From Botryllus schlosseri (lineage: Eukaryota): a stretch of 64,000 nucleotides of DNA. Location: positions 29,390,001-29,454,000 of the forward strand of contig CM119372.1 of the NCBI GenBank assembly GCA_051294905.1, read 5' to 3'. Numbering within the stretch: the first letter of the stretch is position 1; every line of letters begins with the position of its first letter. A program made the translations under genes and the position numbers. This document shows positions 11,555 through 23,719 of the stretch, piece after piece. The notes beneath the pieces were generated by a model. That model saw nothing but the letters and a program-made list of their open reading frames with translations, had not been told where the DNA came from and did not search any database.

Positions 11555-14500
11555 TAGGGTTGTTCAGATTTGAAAAATTGTCAGGAAACTTCGACCATTG
11601 TGATCCAAATGATGGTTTAGTACATAAAAACACTTTTATGAGCTATTATGGTCATCTTCATCGTGATCTTCCTTTTCCGCAAAGCCCCCAAAGATCAGGG
11701 TCCAATTCTCCTAATTATTGGGGATTCGCCTGACTGTGTTTACCTAGCTCATAATGCAAAGCAGTTCTCAGCGGTGATGATTGTACCTTTAGGAAAGCTT
11801 GCAGTTGATAATAACAGTATATATGCGGGAAATATCGAGTTAATATATATTTTTTGACAATTGCACTGAACTACATATACCTGAGCTACCTTCAGGAATA
11901 TGTGTTGTAATCTGTAGGCCTACTGCTACAGCTGTTGTATGAATGAAACAAATGCATGCATTTCCAGGTGACTTTTACTTTGCGACTGTTGGTGAAAGAA
12001 CTATTAAGTAGGAATGTAATGTAGGAATGTCAGTGTCTCCGCCTCAAATTCGGTTCATTTGCAAAATACTGAGTAATCTCTTTCTGCTCGAAGACGACGA
12101 AAACGCAGGACTCTCCTGTTGCCATAGAGTGGAATATGACAAGGATATCTATGGAGCAACATTGTGAAAGTACTACAAGTTCATGATACTAGGCTTGCTC
12201 TTGAAACAAGAATAGAGTCAAGTGAAGAAGATGTATGTTTCTGAAACTCAATGAATTTATTGCGAGAACATTTTGCACAATCAAATTATGAAGCAGATTA
12301 TTGCCAAAAATATCAGTAGGCCTACATCATAACATTTTCGTGGCTTGCGACAATTGTTATTATCACTGAAAATATGTTATGAATTAGTAAGCATAAAAAC
12401 CAAAAAAAAATGGATCGCGGCATGCTCCAGTCACTTAAGCAAGTTTTAGGCAGGGCTTAAATGAATTTTAGTGCAGATTTTTTGAAGCTCTGATACTTCT
12501 GGCGGTGTTGCGCAACAACTTGCAGCAAACTTTTCTTCTGAAGTTCATCATCTGTGATGATAGCAGCATAGTCGGTGTTGAGTTTGACTCCTCGTTCCGC
12601 AGCGTCGTTCACGACTTTAACAGTACTAACAAAACGACTCATGATCTTGTATGATTCATACTCAGGCCATTGTTTCACAGGCTGATTCAACCATTCTCCA
12701 GAACACTTAAATTCGATGAACAAATGCCATGACTGAGGGCCCACTAAATCAGCCAAAGTGGTGCTCCCGTCTATAGTCCTCTCCGACGAGAAAACAGGTG
12801 GTCCCCGTCGATAGGTTTGCGGTTTTTCAACTTCCAGTAGCCGGTTTGCAATACTTTTTCTGGTATGGTAACTTTCTTTTTCCGAGAATAGGGCATAAAC
12901 CACAGTTTCTTCCACAATGTACCATGGATGTTTCATCAACTTATTGCAAGCAGATTCAGCAACCTCTTTGTCGGTAGTTGTATATCCGTGCATCTCTTGA
13001 ATGAAACGCAAGTCGTTCCCTGGAGCGTCGCGCCCAATGCTGCAATCCAGCCAAGCGGGAACATAGAATAAACTTAGAAACAAGTTCATGCGTTTCAGTT
13101 GACGAATGAAACATTCTGAATATTGCATCTGATCAGCCCACATGAACATATTCTGAGAATATAGAATAGTTCCCATCCACCTGGCATGATGAGTGGGACC
13201 CGGCCTTTGATGATTTGCACGAAACGGAGCACCTAAGATAGCTAAGGTGTTGATGACGCAGAGTTTATAGTCATCCCTAGTAAAGAAATCTTTTTTGTTG
13301 AAGGCTTGTGTCAAATGAGCTATGACATTGGCAGCTCTCTCACTGTAATTCTCTGGGACTTCCAAAATTCGAGTTGGAGCAGTTCTGTCTATTTTTGTCC
13401 AGTTTTTTTTGAAATTGTTGAATACTGTATTTTCGGGACCCGTGGTTTGACATCCAAAGATACATTTCCAAACACTCTTTACTACCAAATCCAATACATG
13501 ATGGCGACAAGCATGATACAACATTTTTTTTACCTATGAGGTCTTCCAATAACTTTGCAGCCCCCTTTTTCCACCCACTATTGCTCGATGTTGTGTCAAA
13601 TACCAATGCAGAAATGGAGTTCTGCAGATTCCAATCCGATATCAATTGAAATGCAGTTTTTGCTTGAATCTCGCCTGTTGCATGATCAATCTTCTGAATT
13701 CCAAGTAACATCCCATCTGCATGCTGAGGATAAGAAGACAATATCACAGCCAATGCTTCATAGCTTGTTCCAAATCTGTCTTCTGTCAACTTTCCATCCC
13801 AGTGTATAGCAGCATGATTGGGTAGGTCTTGTTGGAATGATTCAAATATTTCATGCGAAACCTCAAGGCGATTAGCCTCTCTATGTCTCTTTATACTTGA
13901 TCTGGATAGCACAAAGTCGTCAATATCCCCTCCGCATGCCTGTATGAAAGCACTAAGTAGCATAGTTGCTTGGTTATCAGTCAGTTTTAGACGGTCCAGC
14001 ATATCACTAATATGTTTGTCATCTAACAAGTTTCTTGGGGCTTGAAGTTTAATAAATGATGGATATTTGATTGCAGCATCATATTCAGTGGGTGGAGTAC
14101 TGGTTTCCTCCCCAGATGACGAGGACATTATTGTGACAAATTCATCACTAGAACTTGTGCTCGCAGATGCTGAAATTGGTTCGTCACTGATCTCAGTTGG
14201 AATCTGTGCCTGGCTTCTTTCAAAGATCTTATCTTTTCCTGCGAGTCGTGCACTGCGAGAATGCTGTTGGTCCTCATAAAATGCGACGTCTTCATTCTTT
14301 TGAGATGGCGACAACTGCGAATCATTTTTTATAAGTGATATTGCTTCGGAATGTCCAATGTCCCACAAATTATCGAGTTTATCACAAAATGCTTGGCGCT
14401 TCCCCCCAACATCACCTGACCGATCCTTGCTCTTTTTAAGATCATACCAAGTGTCATGAACTTTTCGCAGCATCGGAACAATGTTCTGCAATTGTTTCAT

Positions 14501-15353
14501 GGGTATTCTTGCCATATTCCATACTTTGGCAACCTCTTTAACAGTTTGAAGAAGAACTTCTTGCGTTTTGGTAGTCTTAGGGCAGTTTTCTTTCAGATAT
14601 AGCAAATACTGTAGAACCTGACGTAGAGTCGGTAACTTGGAATGACTTATACACTCAGATGAATATCCGATCAAGTAGTGACCCGACTTTGATCTTGTTT
14701 TTGGTGGGTCTGACACAACCTTTCTCCGCTTTTCTTCAGACATTCTTCTTCAACTAAATTGCACTATACCATCAAATGATATAACTTGTTTTTTTAAAGA
14801 TACACTAAAATTGAGAAAAATATTACTGACATTACACATTACAGACCTTTCAATAGCATTTACTGGCTAAAAACTAGGTGCCTTTGTTCTCAACTTGCAA
14901 CCCAACGGCGCTCACTCGATGTACGATCCATAACAAACAAGTGTTACCCGTGCAACTAATACATGCTTCCCATGAACACGATAGACAGATTTTGAAAAGG
15001 AAAACGGAGATACATCTGACATTTATAAGTCAGCATTCAAGTACAATTTTGAAAACAAATATATTACCTTGCCCTTTCTTATTTCTACACAACCGTTTTC
15101 AACTGACAACTTCATAAAAGCTACAAACTGGTTACACGGTCAACACTACGGAGCACTGCGTGAACGTAAACACTCTGGTGTATCAGCTGTAGTAAGGAGA
15201 AACGACCTCAGGATCTTTAGGGGCTTTGCGGAAAAGGAAGATCACGATGAAGATGACCATAATAGCTCATAAAAGTGTTTTTATGTACTAAACCATCATT
15301 TGGATCACAATGGTCGAAGTTTCCTGACAATTTTTCAAATCTGAACAACCCTA
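11555..15353 (-). mobile_element. Full-length hAT-superfamily DNA transposon (probably hATm-like), 3799 bp
   Basis: 142-bp TIRs starting TAGGGTTGTTC (11555-11696, 15212-15353) with one mismatch seen; perfect 8-bp TSD ATGAGCAT (11547-11554, 15354-15361); internal transposase. Confidence 0.93.
12457..14743 (-). CDS. DDE transposase (about 761 aa) split by a single-base frameshift in an A8 run at 13524-13531
   Basis: ORF 14743-13340 has KLPTLRQVL, IHWDGK and LVFDTTSSNSG; ORF 13524-12457 has ACRHH, HHARWM and VVNDAAERGVK. Removing one A joins them as GKK-MLYHACRHH. Confidence 0.88.
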
Positions 15354-16284
15354 ATGAGCATGTAACTTTAATTCAGTGTTCCAAGCGCTGAAGTCACATG
15401 CTCAATCGTCGCTTGGTCATTATGTCAATGGATCAATACGTATATTACGAGATTCCGTTGAGAGAAACGAAAAAGAACAACTCGAACTACTTTTCATTAA
15501 CGACTTCTTTAAACAGTCGCTCAATCGTAATAATTTTATGCTTCAAATGTATAGTGTGAAAGTTCAAGATGTACAATCGGTTGAGCCGGGCATTTGTCCA
15601 GTTAGTATATCAGCAACGTTCAATCTGAGTTTACCATGTTAGCACAACCAGACGTTTGACTAGCCTACATTACCGGTGGTGTCGACATGTAAGCCTACTA
15701 TTCGAAAAAGTTTCCATCAAAGCATGGTGCTGGTGCTTGTCATTGTTCTGGTGCACGTTATTACCAGTAAGCATCACCCATAGACCATGAACGGCCATGT
15801 CAATAACGGAAAGTTGAGGGCAGAAGGCTGGAATTTAAGAAAATTTGGAGAACAAAGTATTTGTTTGCTAAAGTCAGAGATCAACCCGTCTTTTTAGTTT
15901 GGATGAGCAGGACGCATGTCTCGGTGTTTGAAAAGTATAACCTGAGTCGGCATGAAGTGAAAGAACTCGCAGACTGACACTCAGCTGAGGCTGAGAGAGC
16001 GCGAATCTCGCTAGACCTGCTAGCGAAGATAGTAATAAGCAACAAGTCTATTTTATTAAGCTACACAGTGATAGGAATGGAACGAACAAGACCAGCTTTG
16101 AAGTATCCCAGTTTACCATTGTGTTGTAAATAAAGACGGCAAATAAATATTACGTTTTGGTAATAAACCCTCACTTTCCCATTACCTAACATCAACACAT
16201 CCACTGAGCGGCATCAATTAACAATGTAATAAACTGCTTACGCCGCAGAGTATCCCGTTGGGAAAATGATTGCAAGTCCCTGCT

Positions 16285-16559
16285 GTTGATGTTGTTGTTG
16301 TTGTTTATGATATACATGGTGTTTCGACTACGTTTGTCATTTTACTCCAGGCTGATATTCCTCACTGTGATACCGGAACACCGACTTCTAGCACGAGCCA
16401 ATTCTATGCTTTTTTAAAACGAGCAGATCACGTGGCGAGGAGCCTAGATAAGCCTCCAACACATGGGTAGGAATTCTGGAGTCGACCTCGGTCGGACTCG
16501 AACCAACAGCCCATGGGTCTTGCAACTGTAGGACGTACCACTACTCTATTTTGCCACGG
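16285..16559 (-). mobile_element. Full-length tRNA-derived SINE with (CAA)n tail
   Basis: Box B GGTTCGAGTCC (16494-16504, minus strand), degenerate box A, CAA-repeat tail, 13-bp TSD GCAAGTCCCTGCT/GCAAGCCCCTGCT. The same body recurs several times in the window. Confidence 0.8.
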
Positions 16560-17129
16560 GCAAGCCCCTGCTCTAGAACAACGAACATGGAATGTCTATC
16601 GATTATACGCGACTATACAAGTGGTAGAAAACTCGTTACGATGATATGCTTGTGATGTAATATTGAACAACGAGCGTCACGAGCTCATCATTTCTTCTGT
16701 CAATATGATTCTTCGGCTATTTCTTCTTCAGTTTATTCCATAATCCTTGCAAAACTCATTTCATGCCATTGTCAATAATCCTTGTATAGCACTAAAAAGT
16801 TGAGTAATCGTCGCATTACCAAGCAAATGAATGTAACGCAATCAACTACGATTACTTTGAGTTTATTTTCAATGCAATCGGATACGATAACGAATACTTG
16901 ACAATATTGTTATTGACGTAATAGATAATGCATTACGGATGCAATCGCGAATACCCCATGTATGGATACTGGCAATGTATTTCGGTGTTCTCACCCAGTT
17001 ACCGGTGACTGGTCGTTAGTCTCAAAAGCAAATTGAGATTCGTGCTCGATTTCGGTTAATTTCCTGCTATTTCCCCGCATACAATGGGCCTACTCCTGAA
17101 TTGCTTTTAAGTGTTTGAGGTTTATCTAC

Positions 17130-17740
17130 GCTTCTCGCCACGTGATCCGAGTAAGCGGTGTCATATAAAAGCCCAGGAGTGGGCCGTGCTACAAGTCGGT
17201 AAATAGGGAATTAAAAATTAAAATAGTATCGGCCTGGTGTAAAATGACCAATGGTAGGGCTACTATATTTTAAGACCCGAGAAAAAGGACAGTTTTAAAA
17301 AAATTATGAAAGCTCTAAGAAAACTGGTGATTTTGAGAATTTCTCGATCAATAGTAGTGTGTCGACCAAAATGAAAAAAAGGGTCATCACTTTGACTCGA
17401 CTCCCGAATGATCCGTATTTTGCGTTATTTTTGTGGTGTTGACTAAAAGAAAAGTAATCATTCCCATCTACACTCCCGAAATACCCGTCGCGCCGTATTT
17501 TTCGTTGATTGTCCTGTCAACATTGTCGTTCGCTGCGTCGGAGTCGAGGTTCTGATCGCATTTAATTACTTTTTTTTTTATAAAAAGACGACAAATTTTC
17601 GAAAAAAGAGGACATGTAGGCGTTCTCCGAGGACACTTTCAATTTATTGAAAAAAGAGGACAAATCCTCTTGAAAGAAGACATATGGTAACCCTAACCAA
17701 TGTAGCCGAAACTCCATGAATGTCAAACAAACAAACCAAA
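17130..17740 (+). mobile_element. SINE body interrupted by a hAT MITE (17255-17695)
   Basis: SINE core GTGGGCCGTGCTACAAGTCGG...AAATGACCAATG resumes after the insert with a CAAA tail. The insert has TAGGGCTAC / GGTAACCCTA ends and TSD ACCAATGG/ACCAATGT. Confidence 0.72.
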
Positions 17741-19269
17741 GAATGGACGTACTATAATCGGGTATACTGCGGGGGCTTCCTAACTGTCCTAGACAGACCG
17801 CGTATCCAGACTGAAACAACGTTAGACTAATTAGGGTAAACAGTACATGTCTAGTAGTTAACTTTAGAACTATGGATGTTTTTTATAGCTTATAGCTGCG
17901 TGTTTTTAGCAACAATTTTAATTTTTATTATTACTCACTATTATAATATGGAGCTTCATATTAACATGGCATACTCTCCACAAGAATTGGAATTGAACCT
18001 TGATTCAAGTGATAGAGCTGAATATGAAAAAACTACAAAATCAGAACTATGCAACTGCTAGAATAACTACGCCCTTAATTTGAGCTTGTCGTTTTTGAGA
18101 ATACAATAGTTCTAAGTCTAATCTAATTTGGAAAAAAATTGTGTTGCCGTAATTCTAATCCTAATCTAAGTTGAAAAACACTGTGTAGCTGTAATTCTAA
18201 TTCTATTATAATTCCAAAAAGCTGAAAATTTTCTAGTTCCATGTTTTCGCACATCGCATATCCATGCACGAAAACATACCAAGGAAATTTTGTAAGCCTA
18301 CTTGAATAACGCCGTACCATCATATTCTATTTAACCACGATTTACGATCTGAATGACCTCACCTTGTTCAGACTCCTTTTAGTGTAGGGATTGAGATGCA
18401 GCTTTTACGTCCCTGGATAAGAATATATATTTGTAGTCTGGATGCGTGTCTAAACAATTCATTGTGATACGCGTCGTTATGCTTGGCTCAATGGGAACGA
18501 GCATATGGAGATTGTCGTGCCAACAAAGGAAAGGCAATTTATCTTCCTATTTATTTATTTTTACTGCTAATGCCAACACTGTGCGATAATATTGTCACAA
18601 TGACGTAGCGGGCCGAATCCAACGTAATGCACCATTCTGATGTCGCGAGGATGTGAATTTGCTCCAGGAGAAATTGAAGGCATAGCAGTGGTGCCTTTTG
18701 TCCCGCAGGCGACGTCATTAATAACAAGTTTCATGAATGATTCCAAAAGGTTATGTACTAATACCGTGAGTGCTAATTCCAAGAATGCACATCATCGAGA
18801 ATGTATATTACCTAGCATGGCATTACCGAGAAAGGAACGACCGAGAATGGACATTACCGAAAAGGACGCTACCGAGAATGACGTCTATACGTCAGATTTG
18901 ACGCCGAATGTACACACATATGGTTTCGGTAATCTCAACATCTGTGGTTCCCTAAATTTCAACTTACTGTCAATATCTGGGCCATGGTCATAGGCGTCGT
19001 ATGCTAATTTTCCGTAGGTGCACGGGTTCATAAACGTCACAAAGGTATGACGTCATGTGGTATAATTAATAAACACCCTAACTGCAAAATATCTACTATT
19101 ATAGCACCTCGTGAGCGTTTATATCGCCAATTACTTAGTGGCTTGTATATGATGACAAAATTACCATACTATCAAGCAGGCGCGTATGGCGTATCCAGCC
19201 GAAAAAGGAGGAGTTGGAAAAACGTGGCAGGTCTGAAAATTTCACAAATTTAAATAAAAAAAGCCTTTG

Positions 19270-19720
19270 TTTGCGATTTCGGTTGTTATTTTTTGTTCTT
19301 TATTTGATTATGCGACTCATGGTTTTAGGGAATCAGTTTTCAAGGCATCTGTCGTTCATTTGTATTTTGTTTTCTAATCGTCGTTATTGTTCGATATTAG
19401 TGGTTAGATCGTTTTTTTACTGTGTAATTGTCCCTTCGCTAGCCTTTCCTCGTTGCTGCTGTATCATTCTCCATTCCATCGAGCATCGGACGAGCAAGCA
19501 CTTTTGGGGATCTCCCGCTTATACATCTTCATAACGAAAGCATGAATCTACGATTCTACGTTCTTGTTCAATTTGGAATTCTTGGTTGTGTTAGATTGAA
19601 TAGAAGACCGATACCCAACGTTTGTGGAGTCCACATTAGCAGATTTAGCGGGGCAGACAGGATTCGACGCTTGGAAAATTAGCACTGATTGGGATTCGAG
19701 TGCCGCGTCGAAACAATCCG
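19270..19720. repeat. Diverged local direct repeat (partner at about 22170-22615)
   Basis: Shared collinear blocks GGTTTTAGGGAATCAGTT, TCTCCATTCCA.CGAGCATCGGACGAGC and CATTAGCAGATTTAGC.GGGCAGAC. Confidence 0.65.
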
Positions 19721-20309
19721 CAATATTGCAGTCTGGAATAAATTCGCCATAGTGAATCTGGAAGCAGTCCGCTAATTCAAGCCGATTACTTGAAGAATGG
19801 CTTGGATTCGGGCGGAGGGATAGGGCTCTGCTGCTCATCGAGGATTGATCGACTCTTCTTGACGTCGAGTCTGCTACATCTTTTATTGTTACATTCAAAC
19901 GTCGAGTGATATTGTTTTCTCTTAAACGAAATGAATGATTGCGATCAATTACACACTCTTCGGTTTCAATTGCGAGGATCAAGACTAGTTTCATCCAGTT
20001 TAGTCAGTTTTCGTCTTCCAATGTTTGGCGAGCAGTCGTTTCCATCGACTGCCATATTCCAGATCGTTTCAAATTTGAATGTTGTAAGAGATGCCTCAAA
20101 GATGGGAACGATGAATTCAACTACTCCAATGGCAGCTAATTCTTGCGACAGCGACACAGTTCTTCTGACAACGATAGCCATCATTAAGCACTTGGATGAA
20201 ACGTTCGTATTGGAGCCGAGTTTGATTCTTCGTCTAAATAACGTTCTCCACACGTGGAGAGTCGCTGGTCGCCTCTGTACTATTCAAGGTGATTTACTCG
20301 CATCACTAG

Positions 20310-21620
20310 CAGGGCTTTGGAGCCGGAGCAAGGAGCCGGAGCCCCGGAGCCGTGCATTTTCACCGAAGCTGGAGCCCCAGCCGGAACTCTACATAAAATT
20401 CAGCTGGAGCCGGAGCCGGTGCTGGAGCCAGTTATTTGAGGAGTAGCTCCGGCTCCGACGTTTTTCATAAGATGCTAATATATATGCAACAACCATATCC
20501 GCTGGTTTCACATAATCAAGCTGCAGGCCTTCGCGAAATTAAGAATCTTTGCCTCTTTGGTGTTACCTTTTCTGACTAACCATGTTCATGGGGATTTACC
20601 AGCAGAGCAGTCATATGTTCAATGTTCAATATTCATACATGAGCGCCGAACCTCGGTATGCTAGATATGACTGTGAATATTGTGGGTCCTCGGCATACCC
20701 GTAATTTCGTCATCAGCACAACCTTGTTGGCCAATTGTACGGTTCGAAAATAATGATCACTATGTATTACGCCAGCGCCAACCTTTTTGGCTAAGGGCCA
20801 CCTGCAATTGACGAACGAGTGCGGGGTCCACCAGACGCGCCAAGCGCGGAAATTATCAAAGTTAATAAATGAATATTATTACTTGAGTATATTGCGGGTT
20901 TACTGCATACCACCCGTTGGGCTCAATTTGCAAGGACAGGACTATTCGGCGGCATCTGGAGATATCGATATCGAAGGTTTCCGCTAATATGCGACAATCA
21001 TTTAGTGCCTACATTTCACCGTCGACGATCTTTCTGCGAGCGCAAACGCGAAAAGACTTTCTCTCGTAGTTCCGAATACAGTTAGACTCAATCCCAATCG
21101 GGTAAATTAGGCGTTTTTTTTAATTTTCAGGAAGGGATAGGCTAACAAGCAAGAAATCGTGTGACAATTAAAAATGCGAAGCGTGAAGAAAAATTTTACT
21201 ACTATTTTAGTTCATAGTAATGTACGACGATTTACTAAAAATGTGACTGGACCCTGGATCTGCCAATCCGTCGGAACCGATATTTTAGTCATCAATATCC
21301 CAAGTGTCGCGGCCACACTAATCAAATTTTTGGTTGGCCTTGCCAGTTCAAAATCTGAGCAATTCATTTTCGATAATAGAACAAATTTAGGAAATCACCT
21401 CGTGGGCCACTCAAAACCTTCTCGCGGACGACATATGGTTCGCGACCCGCGGCTTGGCCACCTCTGATATAGACAGGCCCATTCGATAGTTTTCAGAGCT
21501 GGAGCCGGAGAAGTTGTAATAATGCAGCTCCGGAGCTGGAGCCGGCGCTAATCTATGATATAAGAAAGCTCCGGAGCCGGAGCTGGAGCAATGCAATATT
21601 TCGGTTGCTCCAAAGCCCTG
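20310..21620. mobile_element. hAT MITE with GGAGCC subterminal arrays, containing a nested Charlie-type MITE (about 20773-21466)
   Basis: TIRs CAGGGCTTTGGAGC / GCTCCAAAGCCCTG; perfect TSD ATCACTAG. The nested part is the reverse homologue of 9812-10659. Confidence 0.85.
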
Positions 21621-22725
21621 ATCACTAGTAGAGTTGCTGAACGGCTCTCTACCATTTAAGCTGCTTTGTTCTCATCACTAGTAGACTTGCTTAATGACTA
21701 TCTACTTTTCAAAGTGATTTATTGAATGTCAGAATGGGATCGGAGGTTGTATAGCTTCTAATACGATGAACAGTTGTCATTTAACCACTGTGTATCAAAA
21801 TGATGACTCTGGCATTAGTCGGGGATATATTCATATGTACGCCATGAGACCAGATTTAGTTGATCTCGAGCCGATTAGTTCATCTTGATGGCTTTGATCG
21901 GCTGATCCTAATCCATCGAACTATTCTGTCTCATCGTTAACTGGGCATGATTTGATGGGTATCAATTACTTTTGTTTTTGTTTTGCGCTCTGGAAACCTC
22001 ATGGTTTTCAGATTTAATGTGAAACTGGACACGTGGACACTGGACAGTCGTTTGGCCACAGACAAGATTGATGTATATGCTTCTGAGCATTGACTGATAT
22101 GGTCGTTTACTTGTACCCTTCTTACATTGGTGCAATTCTGTTAACTGGGATCAGTCAAATGAGAGAATATTGTGGATTGCGCATGTTAATTTTTATTCTT
22201 TGGTTGATGAGGCGACTAGGGGTTTTAGGGAATCAGTTAGCTATTCAACTGTTTTTCATTTGTATTTCGTTTTTCTAATCATTGTCATTGTCCGATTCGA
22301 TTTGATTTGATTGTTCGATTACTGTTTAATTGACTCTTCGCTTGCGTATGTATTTTTCTCGTGGCTGATGTACCAATCTCCATTCCACCGAGCATCGGAC
22401 GAGCGAACACTATTGCGAAACTCTCGCTTACACATGTTTGTACTTCAACCAAATCTTAATCTACGTTCTTGTTCAATCTGTTCCTTATTTGTTTTTAAAA
22501 GGAAGACTGATACTCGACGGTTGTCGAGTCCATATTAGCAGATTTAGCAGGGCAGACATAATTCGAAGCCTGGAAAATCTGCACTCGTTGACACTGCAGT
22601 GTCGCGTCGAAACAGTATTCATTTATTTGAGTCAAGGACATGCTTATGATGCCTATTAGGCCTATACATTGGTCATACGAGAGTTCTCATGTTGACGAAC
22701 CTACGTATATATATAATGTATATAT

Positions 22726-23149
22726 TAGGGTTGCATTTAAAACAAACGGTGTTTTAAAACACTTTGTTTAAAACATGTTTCAAATAGTGTTTGAAAAAAA
22801 GGCCTTTTTAGAAAAAAAGAAAATTTTGTTTTTATAGTAAAATTATGCCATAATTGTGTAAATATTTTTCAAAAAACACGTATGAGCCTACCGACCATTA
22901 CCACCGGATATAGCCGATATATATCGATATGGGATAACTGGAACCCGCAAAATAGTCGGTTCAACAGCAATAGTACAGATATTTTGCCGAAGTAGCTATT
23001 TTTCCCTATGTTTTCAATTGTCAATGTCAATCCACTATGACGTCACAATTAAATATTCGTGACGTCATGGCTTAAAAAAAGGTTTTAAACAAGTGCCTTG
23101 TTTTAAACATGTTTTTTAAAAATTTACTTTAGATTTAAATGCAACCCCA
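22726..23149. mobile_element. MITE (TAGGGTTGCATTTAAA family), both ends present
   Basis: TAGGGTTGCATTTAAA / TTTAAATGCAACCCCA inverted termini. Confidence 0.65.
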
Positions 23150-23719
23150 GTATTTATACTTGGAATAATAGGAATGGTGCAAACGTTAGGTTCGCGTTGG
23201 TGGTCCGTGTGCGAACCTCGGAAATGCGGAGGTTCGCGTTCGCGAATGAACCTTGGTAGGTTCTAATATGTGAGCCTCTTTCGTGTATTACAAATTTTCA
23301 CGTCACATGTTTCACGCTGGGGCTTCTGAGTCAGAATAAGATATACAGCAGTGTGACTCAAGTTATTCGAATTATATTCTTCGTGTAGCTATTACATATA
23401 TATTTTACATAATGGTTTACCAATGGCGTTCCCGCCTCTGTGTATAACTATAATTTTCTGTTCTTATTTAGAAAACTCTGCACTGAATGTGGAATTTTTG
23501 CCTTCTTAGAATGTTGCGTCAATAATAAATTGTTGTTGATGGATACTTTAGTGAGAACTTAACACTACCGACAGGTGGTTTTAATGTGGCCTATGAACAA
23601 TGAACATGTTCGACATTTGTGTCTTTGGAAATTATTTACGTCAAAGTATATATTACTAAAGACCTCAACTTTTGGGAAAATGTGCTGGATATTGCAATAA
23701 TTTTTCTCGTTACTCAGAA

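Noticed and set aside
11555..11565. TTAGGG at the transposon ends as telomeric repeats, or shared TAGGGTTG ends as proof that this transposase mobilises local MITEs
   Set aside because: Only a single hexamer is present, and similarity to the MITE ends stops after about 8 nt, which is generic for hAT termini.
12457..14743. Transposon ORF as a Fanzor/TnpB RNA-guided nuclease
   Set aside because: No RuvC or zinc-finger pattern seen; motifs, TIRs and TSD fit a DDE transposase, and there is no second cargo ORF.
16480..16559. tRNA gene
   Set aside because: Box B is present but I could not fold a cloverleaf; it is attached to a repeated body, tail and TSD, so it is a SINE head.
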